A stretch of 64,000 nucleotides of DNA from the NCBI GenBank assembly GCA_964035545.1, contig OZ037766.1:9538722-9602721 (forward strand). Direction: 5' to 3'. Source of the stretch: Bugula neritina. Lineage: Eukaryota; Animalia; Bryozoa. Made by a program: the position numbers and the translations under genes. Positions 1 to 12,200 of the stretch are shown here, in pieces; the first letter of the stretch is position 1, and the number at the start of each line of letters is the position of its first letter. Under the pieces are notes generated by a model. The model did no database searches. It was not told where the DNA came from and saw only the letters and a list, made by a program, of their open reading frames with translations.

Positions 1-71
1 CATAGTAAAACCAAGTTAGTTTACTTTAGTTACACCATTGATAATGAAGATGTCACCAAGCCTGTTCATAC

Positions 72-3000
72 CTGTAAAAGTCGAGCCAAGCTGCTCCAAT
101 CTGCCCTTGAAGTATCACTACGACTGCTATCTGTGACAAATGACATAGAATCTGGGCAGGCAACAACCAGCTCTGAATTAAGTTTTATAGCATAAAAGAA
201 TGCAGCAAATCCACTTGTTTCCGTCATGTGTTCGTGAAGCTGCGTCTACAATTGTAAATACATCACTGTACGAGTAAGCTTTGATGATGACATACTGTCC
301 AACTAATTTCAACTACTATCAGAGACTGTTTTTATAAGATACCACAATTCAACAGTGTTTTCATTAGTAAACTATAGCAACTAGGCTGCAATAAAAAATA
401 AACATATTACTAACACCCGGCAATACATTACTAACACCCTACAATATATTACTAACACCCTGCAATATATAACTAACACCCTGTGACATATTACTAATAC
501 CCTGCAATATATTACAAAAACCTTGAAATATAAAAAAAATCATTACCCGGTCTGGTATTATAAAGTCCTGTTCTTGTAGAGTACATATTTTACTGCAAAC
601 CAGACCACTAAAGTATTAATTCAACAACAACATAACCTAGATATTGCTATACTTAGATTTATACTTGGCAAATATTCTTTAGGAGCAGCACCAGCAACTA
701 ACATTACACAGACACAGGTTACCTTCACTCCCTAATGCATCATCAACTGTCATCTTTTATCTTATGTATGAAACATTGTAATAGTTTTCTATGCTATTAC
801 AAAGTATATAATTGATACTTTCTCCTAGCTATTTTTTGTTACTGCAATAGAACATATGGTTATACTCTAGATTTTGCATATGAGCAAAGCATGTGTCATT
901 CCAGTCTTTTGCTCATCGGTTTTTCATTTTTCATAGATAATAGAGTGCAGCAACACAACAGTTTGACCAGCTTGAAATATTCTCTAATTCATGTACTCTT
1001 CAACAGACTATACTAAACCCTTTACCTACCAGCTATTAACTAACAGTGTCTAGTCAACTGAACATAATAAAGTTATTACTTGAATACATTCAATGTATAT
1101 GAAACTTTTTAAGTAACTATATATTGCCAGATCCTATTACTATTACCTTTGTGAAAAGCTCAGTTTTAGTGACAAATGGCCCATGTACGTGGTCACATTT
1201 TAGGCATTCTTCCATAGACCTATGATAGCCATGTCTATATACTAGAGTATAGTCATTCACTATCGTCTGGTCACAACCATTGCTCCACTAAAGCAGCATA
1301 AGAAGCACTTTTAAACACAGATAGCAACATTTCATACTCATGTGAGTAATTGCATTACAATTCCAAGTCAGATAAATGGATTAACATAGCCATGATGTTT
1401 ATGATATAAGTGGGTAAAATGCTTTAAATTTTACTTAAAAGTATCGGTAATTTGACTTAATAAAAAGGCATACAAGGGGCTAAAGTACAACAGAATAATA
1501 GTTTCAACTCACGTGACCACTGCGAAGTGTGCGGAATGCGGCAGCCACAACAACAGCATTGAGGTTATTAATCTCACGGACTAACCTCTCTAGTCTATCA
1601 AACCATGTAAAATGAATAACATTTCTTCCGATGTACACATATTTGGTCTGAACTTTTGAAATTATGTCTCTCCACACATCTGTAGCTGCAGAGCTGCAAA
1701 ACCAGTTAAAATAGACAAGTATTGCTATACTAATATTTTTGCATAATAGTATTTTCAACTCCATAAAGCGTTTGCCTAGTAAACACATGGGTTTGGGCCC
1801 GACAAAGGCCATTGTTGATGTTAGGAAGAGCAACCAGTCATAATTGCTTTTGTGCCCCATCTAAATAAGTCCTTAACCGATTTAACAAAAAACCCTTCCA
1901 TCAGGGGTTCCTGACAGAGATGGTGACTATAAACTTGCTTGAGTGATTGTTTTCAACTCCAACCCCGCAGAAATGGCCAAGTGTGCCCGAATATTTATTA
2001 ATCAACCAGTTCATGTTTCAAAATAAGTGACCCAACATAGCGCAAGCAATATACTCGTACTAACACAGTAATAGCAAACATACCTGCTATCATATCTATA
2101 AAGCTGAAGGTCACGAAAATCCATTTCTGCCAAAGTAAAACTTGTTGGTATAGCAGCTATGATTTTAATATGAGGGTAAACCTTGTTGATATCAGCTAAC
2201 AGAGTTGGGATGAGCTTGAGGTTGTCATTGGAGTAGTGAACAAAGTTGTAGGTCAAGGTGAGAAGAGTGTGGAACTTTGGCACACCAGAGCAGTTCAACA
2301 TATTGAAACCTGCGGAAAAACAATCACCAAATAAAGACGTGCTGGAATTGGACTTTTAAAAGGAAGTTCCAGGCATAACGATGGATCATTAGTAAATGAG
2401 ACAAAGATTATTGAAATTTAACAATTATTAAAATTTCACATATATATCTTGTGGGTGAAGGGTGAAAAAAGTGACATGCTTCTAGTGAGGTTTGGTGTCA
2501 AGTTAGTTGAGGTTTCAGCACCTACTTACTTAGCAGTGTGCATCATATATGAACGGAGAGACCAGCTTTCCCCACCCCATAAAAAGGGAAGTGAATAATA
2601 AGAGCTCACTCCACACTATTAGTAGGTAGGTGCAATTGGCAAAATAATTGCTTGATCCGGCACTGAGTGCATAGGTTGGTGTTTGGAAATCGGATTTTGA
2701 CTTTGGACAACAATGCGTATACAAATATTCTACTTAGCCCTCCTAATTGGTGCTGCTTCTAGTAATATTCTAATTAACATGCTATAAATTACATCTGAAA
2801 ACATGGCCGCAATGATTACAAAGTATTTAGATAAATAAAAATGTTAAATAAAATAACATATTACGTCATCCTAGGTTTTTCTTCATCTTTTAGAAAGTCT
2901 AATCTAACAGGCCTTGAGCTTACACAAAGCTATTCCAAGACATGTATTCAAAATGGTAATACAGTAAAATTAATGATTTCCCAGTGCAATGGATAATTAA

Positions 3001-4428
3001 GAAAGTTTAGTATATTGTTTAATCGGCCAGATTATAATTGCTTAAAAAAACAGATAGAGTTTAGGATATCACACCAAACTTTACATATTTTCAAATTTGT
3101 CAAATACAGAAAAATTTTCTCTATACCTTTGTAGAAATGAGGATAATCTCCACTTAGTTTATCATAGGCATACTTTTCCTGACAGATATCTGCATTGACT
3201 ACAGCATAACTCTTATGGTCAACGGATTGTCTTTTAGAGTTAGTTGGAGGTGGTAAACCACTGATGGCATCATCCAGCTAAGAAATAATGTGATAAAAAC
3301 CTGCATAGGAAATATAGTACAATACATGATTGAATATTAGTTGCCAACTTTTAACAAATGTACTTCAATTTTTTCAAAACAAATTCTTGTTTTAATAAGC
3401 AACTCGCCATAAAACTCCTGTTCACACTTCACATAAAGATAAATAATAACAAAATGTCTCAACACAAATGAGAAATTAACATTATACAAGCTGGTAGTTG
3501 TAGCAACATAAGCAAACAATACCTACATTATCAAATACTACTTTCAATTCTTGCCTCGGAACTTGGAATATTGATGAGTGAGCCAGTTGCTCGACCTCTG
3601 CATATACTTCATCTAGCTGATCTGCTATCAACTGCTTTGTAGGTTTACTAAATTCATTATTTGGGTCATTTCTGTAGAAAATTATTAAATGACCTGTTAC
3701 TGATTGTTTCAGTACTTGATTTAACACATTCCACAACTAATCTGCTATAGTACCATTAGGCTGCGTAGTGGCAAACACTTTTATATCATTAGAAAGCTCT
3801 CATCTAACTCAGTCATTTTAACATAAAATGCAAAAGTGAAAAGCGGATTTTAATAAAAAAACATAATTTTTTTTACTGACTTCATTAAGAAAGTAAACCA
3901 AATATTGTAATAAAACAATTAAGAGATGTTTCTTTTCCATGTCACAGTATCTATTTTTACTTTGCATATAGTTTTACTTTTTGTATAGTATTTTATAAAA
4001 ATAGGCAAGTTTTCTACTACCTATACCACCACTACTACTAACACTACCACCACTACTACTAACACTACCACCACTACTACTAACACTACCACCACTACTA
4101 CTAACACTACCACCACTACTACTAACACTACCACCACTACTACTAACACTACCACCACTACTACTAACACTACCACCACTACTACTAACACTACCACCAC
4201 GACTAATACAAAATATTAAAAAATAACATAAACATATTTGGAGTATCGTGTTTGATACCAAGTTATTTAATAAAACATGCTTTATTATAAACAAGGAGCG
4301 ACTTACATAGACACTACAGGATTGAAAGAAGGTGGCGCAGGCTTATAAAACAGCTTGTAGAGACAAAGCATTAATATTGGGACAATTACACAAAATAAAT
4401 AACATGTTTTTTTAGTCCGCACATCCAT
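72..4428 (-). CDS. Fukutin-related protein (FKRP)-like / LicD-family type II Golgi membrane protein, paralog A (3' part lies beyond the left edge)
   Basis: Phase-consistent GT-AG exons (minus): 4428-4307 (MDVRTKKTCYLFCVIVPILMLCLYKLFY, signal-anchor), 3671-3527, 3277-3127 (DICQEKYAYDKLSGDYPHFYKG), 2309-2084, 1693-1513, 1287-1147 (WSNGCDQ...CDHVHGPFVTKT), 245-72 (ACPDSMSFV). The last four exon lengths (226/181/141/174) and phases match the paralog at 9206-19396, which carries the LicD motif. Confidence 0.85.
403..515. repeat. Degenerate 21-bp tandem repeat (~5 copies, ATATTACTAACACCCTGCAAT-like), intronic
   Basis: Repeated tactaacaccc units at 21-bp spacing. Confidence 0.8.
4024..4200. repeat. 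21-bp minisatellite (TACCACCACTACTACTAACAC)x~8, intronic
   Basis: Near-perfect tandem units; produces the spurious (SSSGGSV)n ORF. Confidence 0.95.
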
Positions 4429-5054
4429 TCAGTCCTTTATACAACAATTAACTTTTTTCTTCTTAAATTTATGAATCTACAAAATAAACACAAAAGTAAG
4501 AAAACTAAAATAATAAACAGTTAAAGACTACAAGCTGAAAAAGCTAAATATACATGACTAAATATAGACTGGCTTCAAAGCTAATTCAGTTTTAAGAAAA
4601 AATATTTGAGTATGAAATATGTTATTTACTCAAGCACTTACTAAATTGAGTATTGGAAATTAGTTTATTTGAACCAACTTGGTAAAATCATTCACTTGAC
4701 TTACTGCCAGCTAATTGAAAAATTTAAACCATATATTGTATATTATAGCTCAACAATTCCATTCAACACATTTTTACTATGTTGGAATCAAAAGTGAAAG
4801 TGGATTTACAGCTCAAAAACTTTCTAGCTTTCTACCAACATAATGATAATAATCTGGCTAATTATTTACTTAGATTTACCCTCAATATATATTAGTTGCA
4901 TTGGTGCTTGCTAAAAGAATAAAAAAATTGAACAAATTAAGGTTTTAAATTGCTAAACTTGAATAGTTACTTTAATAGCAAATGTTCAAACAAATTAATT
5001 AACTCATACTAATTTAATTGCTGTTATTATCTTTTCAACAAAAGCCACAAAAAC

Positions 5055-5230
5055 GGGTGTCATCCCAGCCAGACGCTAGGCTAAATTTCCCACTTGGACG
5101 CTTTCCAGTTAGATGTTATTTATTTATATTCGTACAATATATATTTTATGTGCAATTTATTTGAATATTATCTAAATATATGTATATTTAAATAAAGCAC
5201 GTATTGAGCACATAAATAAATTTCTTTGAT
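5055..5230 (+). mobile_element. Partial second copy of the left end of the Mutator-like element at 5836
   Basis: ggtgtcatcccag...gctaggctaaatttcccactt...acgctttcc...agttagatg...cataaataaatt resembles 5836-6035. Confidence 0.6.
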
Positions 5231-5835
5231 CTGCATTAACATATTAATTTTACATATATTTTGCTTCTATCTGAGATGAAACCCAAAAATGAGTCCAACA
5301 TTCCTGCCTGCCGCCATTACAGAAGTTAGGTTTAACCATATATTTGTAATGCATTTAAATTTCAATTGATTCAAGTTAACTCAATTCATTTCTTAATTTG
5401 GAGGTTTTTGTCTGAGCCATGAATTTATTTGGTTAGGTAAAAATTTGATTTGACATGTTGACTTCAGAATTAGTTTCGGCATAGGTCTGTAATTCAAAGT
5501 GACATTAAGTTTTACATCATAAATGGACCTTATCATATTGATATTCATAATCATCATGACTATGATTGTTGCTAAACTTAATTACTATCCTAATGGCAAT
5601 CAATTCAAATTCATGATTATCGTTATAATTATAATTACCATGATCATCATTATGGCTATCACTGTGACTTAGACTATCAATATCATAATGGTAATGCAAA
5701 TGATAAACTCAAAGTAAAAGAAATGAAAATAATTATAAACTTGAGCTTATACTTAGAGTTGGTCATAAACATGAATTTCAACTCTTTAACTTTTACTGCA
5801 CGTGATACATTTACAATTATTGTTATTGCTAAACT

Positions 5836-6797
5836 GGTGTCATTCCAGATAGAGGCTAGGCTAAATTTCTCACTTAAACGCTTTCCACATAGACTTTTTT
5901 CAGTTAGATGCAAATTATTTAATTTGGTGAAATATATGTATTATATACAAGCAAATTTATTCGAATATTAATGAAATATATGTATATTCAAATAAATTTG
6001 TATCAATTGTTTGTTACTTAGCATATAAATAAATTCCTTCTATTTCTTTTACTCATCAATTTTGCACTTTCTATACTTCTTGTTGTTTGAAAAAATGTTT
6101 TAATAATGAGCGTTCATTAAAAACAATGACTACTATTATTGTATTACTGTTATTTTTGTTTCACACAAATACGTGAAAACTGGAATATTGTAGTTTTTAG
6201 AACTACGATTTGTAGGTCTGCTTGTATGTTATCAATTACCGCATCACGTATTGAGGTTATGTAATAAACCGAACGAGTGATCAAGAACGTGAGAAAATAT
6301 ATTTAGAAAACAAGACATAAGTAGAAAAGAATGTACATCAGTCGATAAAAGGAATAAGAGTTACAACGTTACATTAGTTATTGGTTAGTTACTAACATAA
6401 TCCTCCTCTGACTGTTGGCGCTGAAAGGTGTTGTTTATAAGTATGAGGTCGGTCCTGATTGGTTGACTTCTCCACTTGTTATTGTCAGTGTTAATTGGCA
6501 GGTATTATAATGTGTTTATTCATCAGCCCACGTTGCCTGTCGCATGAGTAATGGGATGACTGGGGTGGAAACGTTATGACTGGCCATAAACTATAATCTA
6601 TGTTTCGCAGGGGAGAGAAAGGTTCCCACTTCCGCTAACCATTACAATATCATTTCAAATAATTTATATTAACTATTATTTCATGCTTAGCAATCAACAC
6701 AACAGTTATTTAGGTATATATATATACACATTGTATGAAATAAAAATGGCGTCTAACTGAGAAGCGTCTAACTGGGAAGGTCTATCTGGAATGAAAC
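5836..6797. mobile_element. Non-autonomous TIR DNA transposon, Mutator (MULE)-like, with 9-bp target-site duplication
   Basis: Left end (G)GTGTCATTCCAGATAGA and right end TCTATCTGGAATGAAAC form an inverted repeat; subterminal CAGTTAGA(T/C)G motifs at both ends; direct repeat TGCTAAACT at 5827-5835 and 6798-6806; no ORF. Confidence 0.7.
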
Positions 6798-7565
6798 TGC
6801 TAAACTATAGCCGCCAACGCGGGTAACATTAACCGTGTTGATCTAATTGTATCAATTAATTAGATGCAACTAATACTATTGCTAGTAGTAGTACCACAAT
6901 TTCAGTAGTCAGTAAAAATACATGTGACTATATAATAGATCAAGATTATGATGAATTTATTCTGATTTTCAAACTATAACTGCTATTTCAATGACAATTT
7001 GAATATCAACATCAATATGATTATCATTATCATTATGTGTCTACTGTTTAGCCTCTAGCGGCTCTAGCACGAAGGGCGAAGAGTATGTTTTTGAGTTGGT
7101 CTATTCGATGATCATGATCTACTAGTACTAGTAGTGGTAGTGAGTGGTCTATTCAAATTAAAAATTGTTTCTATGAGTGTGGCTAAAATAAAAATTAAAA
7201 ATTAAATGGATGCCTTGGGTCACCCAATTTGGGTGGTCACACAAGTTCAAGTAGTGAGATGCTATAAGTATAACTATAACTTATACTTATAGTTATAGTA
7301 TTACTATTAGTATTACTATTAGTTATACTTATAGTTATAGTATAAGTTAATGTATAAGTATAAGTATAAGTTCAACACAATATTTGTCATTGCGTTCAAC
7401 TTTGAATGGACTGCCAGCAATTACAGAAAAAGTAATACTTTTAATGTAAAAACTTGATTTGAGCTGTTTTTTATAAACCAACACTAACAGTAATTGAGTT
7501 AATATTATCTTTAAGAAATAAACACCAACAGCCTAGTGAAGTCTGAAGAACTACCTTGACCTTAC

Positions 7566-7720
7566 CTTAGTTTAGAAACAGACCTACAACGACACTGGGC
7601 TGGAAAAGACCTTATTGAGTTCGATGTACAACGACTTGTACCGCTGAACTGTAAACGGGCTATCAATATAACATTCCCTATCGCATTATATAAACGTCGA
7701 GTAGGAATTCAGCCATGTTT
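7566..7720 (-). other. Probable non-coding first exon of FKRP-like paralog A
   Basis: Strong minus-strand donor AAG|GTAAGG at 7566/7565; an acceptor (ttttgtag) precedes the ATG exon at ~4476; 5' boundary approximate. Confidence 0.4.
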
Positions 7721-7899
7721 TATGGTTTTCTAAAATACTCTCTAAAAGCAGCACTAAGTTGAGAACTCAGAGTTCGGATAACAATATCGATACAAACTTT
7801 GCACTCAATCACACCCAACTTGGTGCTACTTCTTCTACCGATTCTATAAAACTCTAACGTTTCAGTTTAGATCTGGTCCATTCAAGTTGAAATTTGTGA

Positions 7900-8660
7900 C
7901 TTACCACTATTAGTAATTCTAAAAGTAAATCTAATTTTAGTGATTGTGAAATACTATTAGTATTAGTATACTATTGGCATAGTCTTAGACTTGCTATTAA
8001 CATTACCATTTGTATAAGTATTACTCACTATACTTATACTTATAGTTATAGTTATAGTTATACTAACTTATAGTTATTCTTAGTCTTGCTCTTAGGTTTT
8101 AGGCTTTTAGTTTTACTTTTACTAGTTTTACTTTTAGCCAATCGACAATTGCCATTGTGATTGTGAATTACTATTAGTATTACTGAATTAGTGAAATTGC
8201 TATAACTATAAGTGTAACTATAAATATTACCATTAGTATAAGTATAACTATTAGTATTACTATTAGTATTACTGTATTAGTATTACTATTGCCTATTGGA
8301 CTTAGCAATCGTCAATGGTTAATGATTAAGATAAGTTTCAATATGAAGATGATCTTTAATCATGGTATTAGCCTTAGTATTACTATTAGTATTACTATTA
8401 GTATTAATATTATAATTATACTTAGTCTTGCAGTGTTAGTATTACTATTTTTAGTTGTCATTATGACCATCATTATGATAATGATTATGATGATCATTAT
8501 GCTTATGAGTATGTCTAACTCTGTCCTATAGCCAATGCTATCACTATGGCTATCCGCTATTGTAATTCCAAGCTTAGGCTTGTAGTTATTATCTTAATCT
8601 ATAAGCATCAGTTTAATTTAGGCCAAAGGGGGCTTACCTTTGGCCTAAATTAAATTAAAT
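7900..8660. promoter_or_regulatory. Putative bidirectional promoter region between the FKRP-like paralogs; 3-periodic (TATTAG/TATTAC/TATAGT) low-complexity tract
   Basis: Lies between the inferred 5' ends of two head-to-head genes; the low-complexity composition is directly visible, the promoter role is inferred. Confidence 0.45.
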
Positions 8661-9205
8661 TTGGCCTTATCTCATCGCATCACAAAAACTGACAGTTGCA
8701 TTCAGAAATCAGACAGTTGTGATGTCACAGAGGTCAACCCTTAGCCTTAGCCTTACCCTTAGTTCACAGTCAGTTTCGACTGTAGTGTGTCAGCCCCATT
8801 ATAGAAAATCTTATCAAGAAAAGTGCTTATTTTCGAATAAATACAGAATTTTGAACCTGCATAACCATGGTAGTATGCCAGTTTGAAAAAAATCATTCCA
8901 GTGTTTTAGATATGCAAGATTCATTGTTATTTGAATTTCATTAATATTTTAAAGTGGGTGATGACATAAAACAGCTGTGTTTTCCATCAAAGCGTCCTAA
9001 TGTAGACATGGCTTGAAACAGTGCTTTAGGACAATGTAACATCAATGTACTAGTATGCATTATTTAATATTTATGTATATATTTAGGCTACACAGACACA
9101 TGCTATCAACACCGGCGCAGCACATGATTTTGAGTCTAGTGATGATAGTCATTCAACCTTGTTAATATTTCTTTTAGCAAATTATTCAAAGAACAGAAGA
9201 CATAA

Positions 9206-12200
9206 ATGGCGTCTATCCATTGGAACAAAAAGATAGTATGTAGGTAAGAAATTCTATGGTCAAGGAAAATTATGTGCATATCAACGTGTTTCTCTTATTT
9301 ATTGAAGCAATTTCACTTTTATTAGAAATGCTAAATTTGGTGTTCTAATTGCACGGTTTTTATTGTTAATATTCATGCATTTGGGTAACTGTGTAGTAAG
9401 TGTAAAGATATGCTTTCAACTGTGCATATAGCATTTTATTATTGTATTCATACTTTTAGGGAATGGAAAATAATGTTATTTATTTGAGCTGAGTTTATAT
9501 GGATTAAGAAGTGTGGATTGTTTGCTAAGTTACAAACAATATTTTCATGTTTAATATATTTCTATGGAATTTAAATAAGTATGAGATTGCAGAAATATGT
9601 CTTAGGTTAATGTACTGATAGGCTTATAATTTTCCAGATTGAAAATTGCTATTTCAATCGTTTTGGATAAGGTATGATCTCCAGTAAAACTTTATGCTTT
9701 GTAAAGTTTTATAGCATAGCTATCCCGGGCTGCTTTGGTAGGCCGGGTTTGCATTTTGTGTGGGGTTTATGATCAGTTATCAATCTATATAGCAAAATTA
9801 CTTGTAATTATTAAGCTACATCGCAAGCTCAGCTATAACACCCAGGCTTCATAGCCAGCTTGACTAAGCTATTCTAACATATTTCTAAATATAAACAGTG
9901 CAAATGAGGATGTATACAATACAAAGTAGTACTTCCACAGTAAGACGCTGCTATGTACGGAATCACAAGGTTTCAGGTCGAATTTGGAGCCAGTTTGAAT
10001 TATTAATCATCAAATGGAGTAGGGCAGCAGCCAGCAACTATAACAGAGCAACATTAGAGTAAAACTCTACTTGCTTCATATGCCCATTGTTTGAGTAAAT
10101 GCATTCCCATCTAGTTGTCCAATTAATATTATATATTGAAAGCAAATTTCTTAACATCAATTCTCAAAAGTACTTGTGTGTAGAAGTTTTTATGAAATTT
10201 AAATTCTCAAATGGTCTATTTTATTATCAATCTCATCATATGATACTCAAAGTTTTCTAGTATGTAGTTCTTGTAAATGTATGTATATATTAAAGCTATA
10301 AATAAAAACTGGTTAGGTATTTATGAGCCTCGTTTTGATAGCTTGTTAGGTAATCACTAAACCAACATGGATCAATTTTATAATTCCATGGGCTATGAAG
10401 CTTAGTTATTTTGTTTCTTTTTAATGCCTCAGTAAATTATTCTTATTGGTCTGAAAAATACACTGCAAAAAGATGCTATTAAATACTGGTCTGGTCTATT
10501 TAGCTAACCTAACCTAACCCATAATATATACTACTTGACAATGTAGTAACACATTTACAGGTTTTCGTAATTTGAGCTACTGTTTAATAAAATATAGAAA
10601 GGTAACTTACTCCAGGTGATGGTTTTACCACGGGCACCTAATAACATGCAGATGAAACCCTTAACGCTACAATACCAAAATAACTCCGCTATGATTGTTA
10701 ACTAGAGCTTCCATTATACAGGCTATTAAGGGATATTCGAAAGTGCTACCTCACCCCTCCTTTTGCATCAGCTCAAAGAACACACCAATGCTTCCAATTT
10801 CTAATTTTTGTATAATATTTACTTGCCTTCAGTTTTCCCTCTGTCTAATGCATGCAACATCTCTTATTACACCCATGGTCTTTCCTTATTTCACACTACT
10901 TATACTACAAACATTTTTTCTCATACATGTAGAATTAATTCCCTTGCAGTTTTACTTCACATGCCCTCATTTCATGCTTTTCAAATCATTGTCACTTGTT
11001 TAGCTTTTAGGTATATTTGCTGTATGTGTACAAAAAGTAACCTCAGTTTAGACTGTAGAGTGTAGAAGATACTTTTGCCTAATCTTGCCACCTATTTTCA
11101 ACAGTTCTAAATCTGTTTCACTATTTTGCTAGACAACCTCTTTTTTCAATTCACCAGCATTATTCTAATTTAGTAGTAGCCAGTAATTCAATAAAATTAA
11201 TATAGCCATACTTTTATTAACCTTTAGCCTAACATCTTTCAAATAATCAAACCAATTTCTATTTTGGTTGGGTCATAATTATGCTTATGTAGTTGCAACC
11301 CCAAACTGTGGTTAGGCCTACTATAAGTTAACCAAAACAGATACAAAAATAAGATGAAGGAGCTTTGTGAATTAAATTTAAGTGTCTAACATAGAAAAAT
11401 GTATTTCAAAACTTGATCAACTAAACTAAAATTAATAGTCAGTGATTATCTAAACATGGTTTGTGCAAATTGGTTGGAGTAAAAAAATTCAAGTGCTTAG
11501 AATTTACAAGCTGAGACAAGGCCTAGCTTGTAAATTTGTGCAAAAAGTCCATAAAGCTTCAATCCTTTTTTTGCAGCTTTTCAACAATCTTTCAACAATC
11601 TTAATAAATTTCATAAGTACACTTTTTACCATAATCTGCTTTCTATACACTTTTGCTAAGTTATATTTGCATTTTATGTAATGAATGTTGAAATATTCTT
11701 GTAACTTCACAGTGGCAAATGTCAACAAGCAAACAGGAAATGGGTACAGATATTGGCATTTCTTTTGTGTTTTATTGCTGTTGTCGGAGCATGTTGGTTT
11801 TTCAACATCAAGTGAGTCTCAGTAAACATATTTATCTACATATGTAAGTTAATATTATGATTGCGGTAATAATCTAGCAGCTTTTTTTTCTCAAAATGCT
11901 TACAAGTTTTCTACTGTTTTATTAGTTATATATTAGTTATAATAAACAATGTATCTAGCACAACGGTCTGCTTTCAACTTTAGCTTGCTATGATCAATAT
12001 TGCTGATAATGGTAATGACAATCTGGAATAATTCTCATATACAATGTATCTGTATTTATTTATTGTTTTGTAGTCCCCTGCATTCTAAAGTAAATCTAGA
12101 TAATTTGGATGAAAGTTTAAAAGGCCAACTAATCGAAGGGCTGTTGAAACTATCAGATATAGTTGCTGAGAGGAGTAAGCCATCTCTAGGAGATACATCT

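Noticed and set aside
403-4200. Short direct-repeat arrays as CRISPR-like loci
   Set aside because: Head-to-tail minisatellites without unique spacers, in eukaryotic introns, with no cas genes
3974-4294. ORF with (SSSGGSV)n repeats resembling a structural protein
   Set aside because: Translation of a 21-bp minisatellite inside an intron of FKRP-like paralog A; non-ATG start and no splice support
6189-6630. Possible solo LTR (TG...CA) inside the Mutator-like element
   Set aside because: No convincing TSD, terminal inverted match or correctly oriented PPT/PBS
8289-8531. Hydrophobic Ile/Met-rich ORF resembling a membrane peptide (similar ORFs at 5517, 26448, 41708, 43839)
   Set aside because: By-product of the 3-periodic A-N-T low-complexity tracts
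10503-10520. TAACC repeats (and TTAGCC at ~8741) resembling telomeric sequence
   Set aside because: Only ~3 units; expected by chance
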